A stretch of 64,000 nucleotides of DNA from a virus. Below, piece by piece: positions 9,029 to 19,293 of this stretch; within the stretch, counting starts at the first letter, position 1; each line of letters starts with the position of its first letter. The translations under genes and the position numbers were made by a program. The notes under the pieces are model-generated. The model was not told where the DNA came from. It was given only the letters and a program-made list of their open reading frames with translations, and searched no databases. The stretch is taken from the IMG/VR virus record IMGVR_UViG_3300024054_000008, positions 96,001-160,000 of that record, one strand, 5' to 3'.

Positions 9029-9742
9029 CTATTCAATTGAATTACTATTAATAGTTTGTTCAGGAACTCCGAACCCAAATACATAAGAAACTACCTTTTC
9101 GACCTGATAATGCAAACATGGTACGTCAAAATTATTGTCTATGATGAAATTGAATTCAGAGTCAGGTATTGTCGATTGCTCAATTTCAGATCTATGATCA
9201 AATGGTGGTTTTTGTATTGAAGGTCTCTTGATTCTAATTAAGACCGGAATAAATTTATCAGATTTAAATACCAACGGGCGCTTTATGTCATGCCAGTGTC
9301 TAAAGTCAGAAAAAACAGTTATTACTGGAGAACTTATTGGGTAACAAATGTTTTCTTGACTAGAAATTAAACCAACTATCTTTGAATAACTGTATTTAAA
9401 TACATAATCGTCTTTAAATATATCAACATCGGCTATGTCCATTGCAATTGATAGACCTTTGTCAATCCAAGTATATGAATACATGTCTTGCATAATCCTC
9501 ATATACTCCTGTAGAATATGCCTTGGTGTTAGTCCGTACCTTGAGTCTAATTTGTTTCTGTTCTCAGACGGGCCAAACATTTGATCAACTGTAAATTGAT
9601 ATAAATCCATCACGTGACGTTTTGCTACGTCTGCCAATCCTATGTGGATGGCATTATGTTTTTCAACCAAAGGTTTTACACATTCATCTTTGCCAACTCC
9701 GGAATAACCAGAAAAGGCAAACATGTAATGTTTTGGAATCAT
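9029..9742 (-). CDS. deoxynucleoside monophosphate kinase
   Basis: FSGYSGVGKD P-loop, GLADVAK, TPRHILQ and SDFRH motifs typical of T4 gp1-like kinases. Confidence 0.75.
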   Translation of the reverse strand: MIPKHYMFAFSGYSGVGKDECVKPLVEKHNAIHIGLADVAKRHVMDLYQFTVDQMFGPSENRNKLDSRYGLTPRHILQEYMRIMQDMYSYTWIDKGLSIAMDIADVDIFKDDYVFKYSYSKIVGLISSQENICYPISSPVITVFSDFRHWHDIKRPLVFKSDKFIPVLIRIKRPSIQKPPFDHRSEIEQSTIPDSEFNFIIDNNFDVPCLHYQVEKVVSYVFGFGVPEQTINSNSIE

Positions 9743-10242
9743 CCAAAACATTACATCAATTCAATACTGATGTACAAACTAACTTTGATGTTGTCGAATT
9801 TTCAATCTCAAATATTATAGCTTCATCCTCATTCCAATGGGTTTGCATAAAATTGCTTTCATCTTGGAAAGAATTCCAACAACACAAACAAACTATTGCA
9901 TAATTCATATCTTGGCTACAAGTTAGCCATCTGACAGTACAATTTTTGTCACAAAAATCACAATCACCAGTTTCTGGGTTCCAAAGTATTTGAACCATCC
10001 AACAAAATTGTTTGAATAAAGAGCGACCGAATTGATGAAACATTTATGCAATTATTTTGACTTTAATCCTTTTTCAATTAAATCAACTAAAGTTTTCATG
10101 CCAGTCGCTAAGTCAGACTCATTCAATTTAAAATTTCCTATAGACGAATTCCTTCTTTTGAATTCGTTAGACACGGAATCCAACAATTCCATTAATTCTT
10201 GATCGGACATATCTTTGAGTGATTTTAAAAGTAAACCATCGA

Positions 10243-10641
10243 TCATGATTTTATTATACAATGTGAATAGTGTTCTTCGATCGCCTTTAATGCTTCATCA
10301 AAGCTCATTTTACCTGAGATGTTTTGCTCTTCTAGTAAAGAGCAAAACCATCTGTGCCTTAATAATTTATCAAGACCCTCAACATCAAATTCATTTAAAT
10401 TAAATTTACCATCTTGAAATTGGCTGAAACACTTATTTACAACTATCTCAGCAATTTTAATTTCTGGAAGAGCATGCCAATTCGAATCGTAATCGTGGAT
10501 AACGTTGTCGATAGTAGTACCATCGATTATTTTGATTGTTCTAATACGTCGAGAAGAATTAAACGATAACCTAATACTTAAATATCCGGACGGCCCTTTA
10601 TCATCAGAATTTATCTTGTTTATATCATAATCGAATACCAT
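10243..10641 (-). CDS. hypothetical protein
   Basis: ORF with TAAAAT box 5 nt before ATG 10641. Confidence 0.5.
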   Translation of the reverse strand: MVFDYDINKINSDDKGPSGYLSIRLSFNSSRRIRTIKIIDGTTIDNVIHDYDSNWHALPEIKIAEIVVNKCFSQFQDGKFNLNEFDVEGLDKLLRHRWFCSLLEEQNISGKMSFDEALKAIEEHYSHCIIKS

Positions 10642-10679
10642 ATAACATTTTACGACAAACAAACAAAGATTTCCAAATA

Positions 10680-11864
10680 TTATGCAGCATGAACTTCAGT
10701 ATGACCAACCGGCCTATTACAAGTCGGGCATTTTGGAATCAATTCTAACTGATTGTTCAGATCATCTTCTTGACTTGAAATCACTTTAAGTTCATTCGTA
10801 AGATTGTCCACAATTGTTTTTATGTCAGTAATTGACGAATTTAACATTGAACCGCGTTTGATATTACTTATGTCAAAATTAATGTTTGGCAATTTTATGG
10901 ATTTTGCTGATTCAAGTTTCGATATTATCGTCTTCAATGACTCAGTTGACTTCAATTTATTTAATTTAGAATAAATATTGAATTCAGCAATAGGCGGATC
11001 TGATATTGATATATTTGAACCATCAATAATGGAAAGTACGTGTTTAGCTTTTGATTCTAAAGCAGCCCAATATTTTACTAATTCTTTTAGTTCAAAAAAC
11101 TTATTAGAAATTTCATCTGAAGATGGTATCTCATTATCATATTGTTTAAGTTTTATTATTAAATTAGCCTTAGAATTGATCTGTTCATAGTATTTTTCAC
11201 CATCCAGTATTCTATTTTCGTATAACTTGATTGATTCAGCCTGCTCTAATAATTCATCATAGATTTGGCCAACTTCATCAAGACTGGAAAGACCGTCCAA
11301 TTTTGATTTCAAATTATTCAAATCTTCTTGTTTTAATTTGACTTTATCAAGGTTTTTCTTCTTTCTTCTCAAACTTATGGTTATTGCATCTTGTAAAACA
11401 TTTAACCTTGATATATCAGATATGAATTCCGTAACGGCTGGCCCAGAATCATTTAACAAGAATATTGGGTCAAATTGCGAAGCATGCCACGGATAAACAT
11501 CTTTGGAACCAACTTTAACGGACCCATAACCAAAATCTTTCAACTCCTGAAGTTGAGCTTGCCCAATTTTTTCATACTTTTTACCATTTAAATTGTATGT
11601 CCCAGAATATTTGTCGCCCTTTTCCCATACAAATTCAAGGCCATCGGTTTTAAATTCAACAGAACAAAATTTTTCGTCTGACCGAACCATTCCAACAACA
11701 GAAGAATTTTTTAAAGATGACGATATGGCTCTTATTATTGCCGTTTTGCCTATGTTTGAGCTGCCTGTAATACACGTAAAACCATATATTTCGAACTCAA
11801 GTTCTTCTATTGATTGGAAAGATTTTATTTTAATGTTTATTGGTTTAAGGTTTGAATCTGACAT
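10680..11864 (-). CDS. sbcC: SbcC/Rad50-like ATPase, N-terminal half only, ending at the zinc hook
   Basis: IKIKSFQS, Walker A GSSNIGKT, SQFDPIFLL, coiled coil, terminal CPTC; no Walker B. Confidence 0.65.
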   Translation of the reverse strand: MSDSNLKPINIKIKSFQSIEELEFEIYGFTCITGSSNIGKTAIIRAISSSLKNSSVVGMVRSDEKFCSVEFKTDGLEFVWEKGDKYSGTYNLNGKKYEKIGQAQLQELKDFGYGSVKVGSKDVYPWHASQFDPIFLLNDSGPAVTEFISDISRLNVLQDAITISLRRKKKNLDKVKLKQEDLNNLKSKLDGLSSLDEVGQIYDELLEQAESIKLYENRILDGEKYYEQINSKANLIIKLKQYDNEIPSSDEISNKFFELKELVKYWAALESKAKHVLSIIDGSNISISDPPIAEFNIYSKLNKLKSTESLKTIISKLESAKSIKLPNINFDISNIKRGSMLNSSITDIKTIVDNLTNELKVISSQEDDLNNQLELIPKCPTCNRPVGHTEVHAA

Positions 11865-11865
11865 A

Positions 11866-13221
11866 TTAAATGTCCACTGTTACAGACGCTACACCAACGC
11901 TGTCATCAAGTTCCGCTAATTCGTTTGCATCAGCTTCAATTTCATCAGGCAAATCACCATCCAAATAAACGTCATTATCATCATCCATACTCTTGAATTC
12001 AGCACCTTCAACTAGATTAGCAAGTTCTTCATCATCAATTTGCCTAAACCCTTGCAAAATTCTTTCTGTGCAAATGCTTTTGAAATCTTCGAAAACATCT
12101 GGTTCCTTGACCAGAGATATCCTAAATCTCTCTATACCTTTAGCACTTATCAATTTTCCAGTCGACGAAGATTTAAATGAGTACTCTATGCTTTTTTCAG
12201 AATTTTTTTTATCTTTATCATCTTTATCATCTTTATCTTTATCTTTTTTCTTTTTGCCAGAGGTATTTACTATGTTATAAGCTTCGGCTACATTCATTAA
12301 CGTTCTCAATTCATCAATCCCAACTCCATATCTAATCGTTATTAATCCTGAATGCCCCTGCCTAGCGTCAATTTTGTTTTTATACATTCTGCATTCAATA
12401 TCAGTTGCTATCTGAACATCTTCATGTTTATTCAATAGTGGGTTGAAAAGTTTAGCTTTTGTAGCCATTTTTGGTTTTAGCCACATTCTAATTGACGCCC
12501 AAAATTTTAATGCGTTTCCACCAGTCGTACTCTTTGTTGATTCCTCAGTATAGCCGACTGAGCCGATTTTGTCTCTGGTTTGATTTGTAAATATAACACA
12601 AGTCTTTGTTCTAGCTATAATTTGTTGCAATTTTGGCATCCACGCTGACATCAACCTCGGTACTTCGGCTATTCCTTGCTTTTCTTTAGGATTCGACGGA
12701 TCACGGTGTATGTCTCTCCTAGACACAAGACCAGCAACTGAATCTATTACAATAATGTCAATACCCTGCAAAGCAGCGGCGGTAACAATTGCTTCAGTCT
12801 CTTCAAAAGTATGTGGCGAAGCTCTTACAGCTTTACCATCACCACCAAGCTCTGGCGATCTAAAATCTACACCAAGTTTCATAGCATAATGGTCTTTTAC
12901 GGCGCATTCAAGATCAACGTATAAACCGCACCCACCAATTGCCAAAGCCTGAGCCATAGCGGTTAAAGCAACTGTAGTTTTGCCGGAACTCTCTCTACCA
13001 ATAATTTCAGAAATTGATCCTTTCGGCCAACCAGGACAAACAAATGAACCATTTGCTAATCGGCTACCACCAATCAGCAAATTCAACATTGTGCTTCCAG
13101 TATTTATATAACCAACTTCGAATGACGGGTTTATAATTATATCTTTCAATTCCATACGCTTCTCGACATTTCCGAGAAACCTGGCTAACTTAGGATGCAA
13201 TTTTATCTGAGATTTTGCCAT
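11866..13221 (-). CDS. recA: RecA recombinase with low-complexity insert and acidic tail
   Basis: INTGSTMLN, GRESSGKTT, VIDSVAGL, FTNQTRDKIG, TTGGNALKFWASIR. Confidence 0.95.
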   Translation of the reverse strand: MAKSQIKLHPKLARFLGNVEKRMELKDIIINPSFEVGYINTGSTMLNLLIGGSRLANGSFVCPGWPKGSISEIIGRESSGKTTVALTAMAQALAIGGCGLYVDLECAVKDHYAMKLGVDFRSPELGGDGKAVRASPHTFEETEAIVTAAALQGIDIIVIDSVAGLVSRRDIHRDPSNPKEKQGIAEVPRLMSAWMPKLQQIIARTKTCVIFTNQTRDKIGSVGYTEESTKSTTGGNALKFWASIRMWLKPKMATKAKLFNPLLNKHEDVQIATDIECRMYKNKIDARQGHSGLITIRYGVGIDELRTLMNVAEAYNIVNTSGKKKKDKDKDDKDDKDKKNSEKSIEYSFKSSSTGKLISAKGIERFRISLVKEPDVFEDFKSICTERILQGFRQIDDEELANLVEGAEFKSMDDDNDVYLDGDLPDEIEADANELAELDDSVGVASVTVDI

Positions 13222-13251
13222 TCTAATCTCATTTACAATCAAATCAGAAAA

Positions 13252-13989
13252 TTAAACACCAATTTCAGCTTCTTCATTCAGTTCCAAAAATTTAAGCAGA
13301 TTTTTGTTTATATCTCTTTTATCAGGCAAATTCACACTACCAATTGGAACTGAACTGAATCTAAAAAATCTACTATTTTCCCTAAAAATATGTGCTATAC
13401 GCTTCATTAATTTTTTACCGGACGGCAACTTTCTATTCTTAGAACGTTCTAGAAACACAATAGATTCTGAAGGTGTTAAATCGCTTGGTTGTATAACATT
13501 ATCAGCCAACATTATCATTCTAGAAGTGAACTTAGCACAAACGTAAGCATCAGCTTCATTATTATTTATTAGTTTTGGGTCGTTCGTGTCAAATGACACG
13601 AATTTTTGCATATCAAGTTTGTTCATCTTGCCTTTTCTTTTTGAAGGGTCGATCTTGGCAAGTAACTTTAAGGTTTCGGGGTCAAACAATACACAATCTT
13701 TTCTGTGTTCAAACACAGATTCTAAACTGAACATCATAAGACCAAAATGAGTCTCAGAAAACGGACCGCCTGAATAAGCCGGACTTTCTATACCGACAGC
13801 ATCAACGTTGTATTTTATAATTAAATCATTTACCATTGATCTAAAGTGGATGAATCTCGCAACTGGAACAGTTGAAGTTAATGTTCCTTCATATCCACTG
13901 GCAATTCTTCTCCTGTTTGGTTTGGCAGAAGAATCAAAGATCGCAAAGCCAAACGCGCGTAAACTTGGATCTAACCCTAATGTTAACAT
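13252..13989 (-). CDS. ruvC: RuvC-like Holliday junction resolvase
   Basis: LGLDPSL, VGIESP and NEADA catalytic motifs; next to recA. Confidence 0.7.
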   Translation of the reverse strand: MLTLGLDPSLRAFGFAIFDSSAKPNRRRIASGYEGTLTSTVPVARFIHFRSMVNDLIIKYNVDAVGIESPAYSGGPFSETHFGLMMFSLESVFEHRKDCVLFDPETLKLLAKIDPSKRKGKMNKLDMQKFVSFDTNDPKLINNNEADAYVCAKFTSRMIMLADNVIQPSDLTPSESIVFLERSKNRKLPSGKKLMKRIAHIFRENSRFFRFSSVPIGSVNLPDKRDINKNLLKFLELNEEAEIGV

Positions 13990-13995
13990 GTTGAT

Positions 13996-14024
13996 GCCCG
14001 GAGCAAGGTGATCTTGCTCCGGGC
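13996..14024. terminator. 12-bp GC-rich hairpin between the SSB-like gene and ruvC
   Basis: GCCCGGAGCAAG/CTTGCTCCGGGC; no U tract on the coding (minus) strand, so possibly a processing or stability site. Confidence 0.4.
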
Positions 14025-14039
14025 GTTATCTTTTATTCA

Positions 14040-14897
14040 TCAATCATTTAACAAAGCACTATATGATTGAAGTTGCGGTGCGTCTTCTTGCTTAGGTTGT
14101 GAAGAACCGCCTCCAAGTCTCTCTATGAGATTTTCTTTCTTCATGGCAAAACCAAGATGATCAGGTGTGTATTTCCTGGCTCTCAAACCTTGGTCCAAAA
14201 CCCACTGTCTAATTTCTGGATCGACGTCTTCACGAGCCCAATACGCAGAAGCAAGCTTCGAAATCATTTGCTTTTGATACTTTGCATCACCATCTAACGA
14301 AACTTTCAAATCTATGACTTCTTGCTTGTCTTCGCGAGCCGTTTTGTAAGCAACTTCAACTTGCTTATATTTTTTCCAATTCAAACGCCAAACATAAAAG
14401 TTAATTTGCTTTTTACGTTTAAACGTCTCAACGTCAACTGCAAAATCTTCGTCGACAGGATATGTCATAATTGCTACCGCAACTGTCTGATCTGCATCTT
14501 CCAATTGCCGACAACAAATTTCGGGTTTGACAAGCGTGGTTCCGCTGTATTCGCTCAAACAACGAATAAAACCAACACCATCACCGAAATGTGTGAAAGC
14601 CACAGAAAACTTTGGCTTTGTTATATTAAGCCTATCTGCATCTGTCAGTTCATTAGGTTTTTTGTTTAACTTTTCAGCCAAATTCTTGTCAATTTTGTCT
14701 ATAAATTCAGCTTTTTCCTTGTCGGTTAAAGCTGAACCTTTTTCTTTAGTTTTATCAGCCAAAATCGATTCGTGAAATGTTTTGAATGAAACAACTGAAA
14801 CTCTATGGGTTTCATTTTTGTTTTGAACAAATTTTTCTATGCCAGTCTGCTTAATAACCTTGCCGTCATCAAATCCGAAATCCATTATATCACTCAT
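14040..14897 (-). CDS. putative single-stranded DNA-binding protein
   Basis: located in the recombination operon; gp32-like layout and size; weak recognition. Confidence 0.4.
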   Translation of the reverse strand: MSDIMDFGFDDGKVIKQTGIEKFVQNKNETHRVSVVSFKTFHESILADKTKEKGSALTDKEKAEFIDKIDKNLAEKLNKKPNELTDADRLNITKPKFSVAFTHFGDGVGFIRCLSEYSGTTLVKPEICCRQLEDADQTVAVAIMTYPVDEDFAVDVETFKRKKQINFYVWRLNWKKYKQVEVAYKTAREDKQEVIDLKVSLDGDAKYQKQMISKLASAYWAREDVDPEIRQWVLDQGLRARKYTPDHLGFAMKKENLIERLGGGSSQPKQEDAPQLQSYSALLND

Positions 14898-14993
14898 TTT
14901 GCCCTTACCTTGCTAGTACATTTACTTTGCACATAGACCCATTTTTCGGGTCTGCAACACTTTACATCAATAATTAAACAATAGCTAGTAATT

Positions 14994-15767
14994 TCAATCT
15001 TCCAAAAGCGAACGATAGTTTATGTTGTTTGTAGGTTGAATCTCTGGTAATTTCTGTTCATCTTGATTGTTTTGTGTTTTAGATGTGTTAATCAACTGTG
15101 ATGTTCTGTTATAGAATGCGGATAATTGAGACAAATGAACTTTGTCTATTGGTTCAGGTATGTCTTCAGGCCTAGATTTTGGATCCAATAAATCAGTTGG
15201 ATCAATCTTCGCTATAGTAACAACTGGTGGCAAACCACCAGGAACAGTCCCATCTTTATTCACACTTGGAGGGATATATGAACCATCAAATGGATTAAGC
15301 TCTTCTTTTACCATTTGTCTTTGCAATCTTATGTCATTGTTGGTACTTCTCAAATGATCATATTTATGTTTGATTATTTTAACAGTTTCTTCCAAATCAA
15401 GAAGTTCTAATTTTTTCTCATTTAAATTTTTATGCTCAACAGAGAGCTTATAAATTACCATAGCTTCGCGATCTCGTATGTTTGGCATACGACGTACGCT
15501 TTCATCATCGGCCAAAAGCCTTTTACTTTTGAAATCAATATCAAGTTCTAATTCTTTAACTTCTAATTTTAAATTTCTCTCTTTTTGTCTGACTAAACCA
15601 AGATAATATTGAACTCGATTTAAATAATTTCTACATGAACTCAAAATTTTGTGTAAGTATTTACTTTGTAGATGCGGCTGTGTAGGGTCTGGTTCAATTC
15701 CAACTTCGTAAGTTGAAATTTCATTTAGTATCTGCTCCAATCTTTCTGATGACAAATCATCAATCAT
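14994..15767 (-). CDS. coiled-coil protein (possible recombination mediator)
   Basis: heptad-rich sequence; recombination operon context. Confidence 0.4.
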   Translation of the reverse strand: MIDDLSSERLEQILNEISTYEVGIEPDPTQPHLQSKYLHKILSSCRNYLNRVQYYLGLVRQKERNLKLEVKELELDIDFKSKRLLADDESVRRMPNIRDREAMVIYKLSVEHKNLNEKKLELLDLEETVKIIKHKYDHLRSTNNDIRLQRQMVKEELNPFDGSYIPPSVNKDGTVPGGLPPVVTIAKIDPTDLLDPKSRPEDIPEPIDKVHLSQLSAFYNRTSQLINTSKTQNNQDEQKLPEIQPTNNINYRSLLED

Positions 15768-15773
15768 GGCGTT

Positions 15774-16070
15774 TTACTTTTCGCTAACATCGAACGTTTT
15801 GTTAAAATGAGAAGACATTTGTTCAAAATTATCCTTCATAATTTTAATGCGTTCATTTGCTTGATCTATAGTCAATGCTCCTCTCATGAGAGCGTCATAA
15901 ACAGCAGAGACAGAAACTCTATAACTCAAATTTAATTGAGTTTTTGGTATTTCATCAATTTCGATTGACGGATCGATCTCAATTGTAGCAGAAACAAAAT
16001 GTGAAGTTCTTTCGCCAGATTTATGAAGATCGATAGCATAAGAAGATGAAATACTTGTAACTTTGTTCAT
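15774..16070 (-). CDS. hypothetical protein
   Basis: TG-TAATAT 6 nt before ATG. Confidence 0.5.
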   Translation of the reverse strand: MNKVTSISSSYAIDLHKSGERTSHFVSATIEIDPSIEIDEIPKTQLNLSYRVSVSAVYDALMRGALTIDQANERIKIMKDNFEQMSSHFNKTFDVSEK

Positions 16071-16079
16071 TTTAACATA

Positions 16080-17264
16080 TTACATTCGTTTATCTGTCGA
16101 TTCTTGAACAGCCTCAATTGCTAACTTAGACATACTTAATTTAACCATATTCTTTATGTCTTCTTTAAATGAATCAGAAATTATTACGTCTCTACATGCT
16201 AAAAGAGCTGATATAGTCTTATCATCAACATTGCCAGTTTGATTTATGCCATTAATTTGTTGAAAAAGCAAAATAGCAAGTTTTGTCTTTCCACCAAGTA
16301 CACCATCATCACGTTTTGGACCAAGGTCAAAACCAAGTTTAAGCAAAATCTGCTGGACCTCTTTAGTATCAATAAATTTATCCTCACCAATGTTATTTGA
16401 CCAATTTTTTAAGTCGGACGAAAAATCAATCAGATTTATACCATATAATTTTTCAATGACAGGTCTAATTTTATCATATCGGCCAGGATATATAGTTATA
16501 CCAGGCCCAAATGTTAACTCTTTAAGAATAAAAATAAACCAATCAATACTCCAAGCTTGATATGGATTATTTTTTACACCAACCTCAAGATGTTTATTTG
16601 CAATTGTCGGGTTATTGGCTGCAAAACTCAAATATGCAGCTTTAAATGCTCTACCAATGTTTGAATCTGGAGCTTGGTTTATTAATCCTTTGGCAAATGG
16701 CAAACAAAACCACGACAAACGCTTCGCCGTAAATTTTAATTGTTCTTTTTTAGCAATTTCATTTTCGAAAATAGAAGCAATACTGATTACCCATTGCTTT
16801 GCATATTCGGTCGAATCATCATCCCATGTTCCTACTTTCCCAGTACTATTTAATAAGAACATCTGACGCTGTTCTTCCAAACGATCAACTTCGCCACGAA
16901 CATCGTTAAAGAAAAACCTGCATCTTGATTTTTGGTTTTTCTTGAATGACAAATTTATAGTTGAACATAAATCATCAACCGGTTTTATTAATTGTCTATC
17001 TATATCAACCAATTGGCACAACATGTCACTGACAGAATATTGACCAGATTCAATCCACTGAATTATGCCAGTCGAACAAATTCCAGAATCATACATGTTA
17101 ACGGCGTTAAACGAACCACCTTCTGTAGCTGTAATAACAGCTATTATTTTTTCATCTTCAGACGGATTATCAGAAAGTATAAATTTACCGTTTTGGTTGC
17201 CTAAAAAATATGGACCTTCATACTGAAGGTAGCCGCCCCACTTAATATCTGTTTTGGATATCAT
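16080..17264 (-). CDS. lysozyme-like peptidoglycan hydrolase with C-terminal PG-binding domain
   Basis: ATEGG...NMYD...STGIIQW lysozyme-like motif; VQQILLKLGF...DGVLGGKTKLAILLFQ...G PG_binding_1 motif. Confidence 0.65.
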   Translation of the reverse strand: MISKTDIKWGGYLQYEGPYFLGNQNGKFILSDNPSEDEKIIAVITATEGGSFNAVNMYDSGICSTGIIQWIESGQYSVSDMLCQLVDIDRQLIKPVDDLCSTINLSFKKNQKSRCRFFFNDVRGEVDRLEEQRQMFLLNSTGKVGTWDDDSTEYAKQWVISIASIFENEIAKKEQLKFTAKRLSWFCLPFAKGLINQAPDSNIGRAFKAAYLSFAANNPTIANKHLEVGVKNNPYQAWSIDWFIFILKELTFGPGITIYPGRYDKIRPVIEKLYGINLIDFSSDLKNWSNNIGEDKFIDTKEVQQILLKLGFDLGPKRDDGVLGGKTKLAILLFQQINGINQTGNVDDKTISALLACRDVIISDSFKEDIKNMVKLSMSKLAIEAVQESTDKRM

Positions 17265-17301
17265 GGCGTACTATACCATGATATCCAAAACATAACATGA
17301 C

Positions 17302-17664
17302 CTAAGCTCTACTATCCATTATTCTTGATGCATAGTTACGTGATCTAGGAATTCTCTTTTTTGGTTCAACAACACCATTGTTTAGTTTAACAAATACTTT
17401 TCTTTTGTCTGCTGCTCCAACACCTTGAAATACGTGCTGAATAGCCTTTATCATCTTTCCTTGCCTACCAATTACTTTTGCCAAATCTTCTGGGTGAACA
17501 GATATAGTTAATATCGTATCTGGACCATTTATTTTTTCGTCAATGTCTATGTTTTTCGGATGAGCAGTTAGAGCTTGAAGCAACTCAAAAAGCAACTCTT
17601 TATCTTCAAGCGGAGTATAGTCAGATTCATCTTTGTCGGATTGTCTTATTACCTCTACCATTTT
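17302..17664 (-). CDS. khpA: KhpA-like single KH-domain RNA-binding protein
   Basis: ISVHPEDLAKVIGRQGKMIKAIQ (GxxG KH loop); GAGG SD before ATG 17664. Confidence 0.75.
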   Translation of the reverse strand, partial: KMVEVIRQSDKDESDYTPLEDKELLFELLQALTAHPKNIDIDEKINGPDTILTISVHPEDLAKVIGRQGKMIKAIQHVFQGVGAADKRKVFVKLNNGVVEPKKRIPRSRNYASRIMDSRA

Positions 17665-17925
17665 GTCCTCGTATCGTTGATGCAAACTTATCAAGGCAGG
17701 ATTCTACCTGTTGCAATCGGTAAATTCTGGTTATTCATCAATACTAATTCACCAGAATTTACATTCAAAGTATCTGGATAAGATTTAACCACTTCAAAAC
17801 ACTTGTTCAAGTTAGTCCTTTTGAGCAATAATCTAAACCTTTGTGATCTATGTAAAACAATAAATGAGAACGTGTCACTGATCGGCTGATTAATTAACCA
17901 GGTTAACTTTACAATGTTTGCCATG

Positions 17926-18147
17926 TCAATGTAATGAATTACACTTATGCAAAATACACCCATGGATAGAGTTTTCTATAAGAAAATTCATCAGATCCTG
18001 CAGGTCAGGGTTTGTAGCAACAACCGTTCCTATCATTGGCATATTTAAATCGTGGTTAATTATAGCATTTTCTAAAGCTACCCATTTACCCGGATGTTTA
18101 AAACATATTTCTTTCCACGACTCCGTTTTTTGTGGACCAAAACACAT
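17926..18147 (-). CDS. DUF5678-like small protein
   Basis: KHPGKWVAL...VVATNPDL motif. Confidence 0.5.
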   Translation of the reverse strand: MCFGPQKTESWKEICFKHPGKWVALENAIINHDLNMPMIGTVVATNPDLQDLMNFLIENSIHGCILHKCNSLH

Positions 18148-18180
18148 AACGCATCTAATTTTGCCGTTATCATAAAAAAG

Positions 18181-18591
18181 TCAGTTGTCTTTTTCAATTT
18201 TATTAAAAATTTCGCTTACTTTGTTGACTTGGTCTAAAGCTTTCTTCAAAACAATCTCAGCATTTCCTTCATCTGGTCCATAGCATCCTATCAATGAATC
18301 TAATTTTACCAGATTTCCAGTTGTTGGATGAACCGGAACCAAATTTGGCAACGCCTTGTCAAATAAATGTTGTATCGGAATGTTGTCTGAACCATTTAAA
18401 GATTCAGGAGAAGTTGGGCTAAGACCAGTTTGAAACATGCCCCATTCTTTTATTTGGAAAATAATTACCTGCGGCTTTCCATCAATTACCTCAAGGTAAG
18501 CACAATGCCATCCAGGGATGGCCTGCAATTTGGCTGCGATAGGAAGACTAGAAACAGACTTTAAATAGTTTTTTATTGAATCAATATCCAT
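18181..18591 (-). CDS. hypothetical protein
   Basis: leaderless promoter pattern before ATG 18591. Confidence 0.5.
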   Translation of the reverse strand: MDIDSIKNYLKSVSSLPIAAKLQAIPGWHCAYLEVIDGKPQVIIFQIKEWGMFQTGLSPTSPESLNGSDNIPIQHLFDKALPNLVPVHPTTGNLVKLDSLIGCYGPDEGNAEIVLKKALDQVNKVSEIFNKIEKDN

Positions 18592-18728
18592 GTTAAACAT
18601 TACAATGAATAAAGATAAAGATAAAGATTTTCACCATCTATTAGACATATTAATACCATTGTTTATTTATGGAACGTTGGCATTTATTTTAATAGATGGT
18701 GAATTAAAACTAATTAAAAACAAAGTAA

Positions 18729-19013
18729 CTAAGATTCAACAACGTCTTCACAATATATTAAATCACGACAAAAATGACAAATCGGAAACCTAAATTTAAA
18801 TTTACTTGTAGTAAACCACGCTGGTCTATAAAACTCAACATCAACAACGTTTTCCAAGTCTGCTGTATTAAATTTCCAATCCAAATCGCTGTGTTTAGCT
18901 GCTAAATCGCGCAATATTTCTACTATGGTCGAAAATCTATCGGCATAAATTTTTATGTTAGCAACATCTCTATTTAATAACTCGTCATAAAAATCTCTAA
19001 TTATGTTGTTCAT
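18729..19013 (-). CDS. hypothetical protein with the shared C-terminal motif (EDVVES)
   Basis: ORF track; C-terminal motif. Confidence 0.55.
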   Translation of the reverse strand: MNNIIRDFYDELLNRDVANIKIYADRFSTIVEILRDLAAKHSDLDWKFNTADLENVVDVEFYRPAWFTTSKFKFRFPICHFCRDLIYCEDVVES

Positions 19014-19293
19014 AATTTAGAACGTAAGTTAAGCAACTCATTCTCGGCTAATATCGCACGAGATTTCCATTGATCGCGCTCCAGTTTAAGCTTTCGTACA
19101 AACAAACGCACACGAGTTGACTCAAGCTGCCCAGTAAATCCAATGTCAAGTTCATTCAATACTAATTGAAGCTCGTGTAAACGGTTGCCGACCAAATTTG
19201 ATTCACCAGTGTCTAAATTAAAACCACAATTTGAACAAACTGAAGACATGTAGTATATTACAATGAGGAAAATTTTATAAACCTTAAACATAA

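Noticed and set aside
12205-12260. TCTTTATCA-type repeats inside recA
   Set aside because: A low-complexity Lys/Asp loop insertion with no sign of an intein or mobile element.
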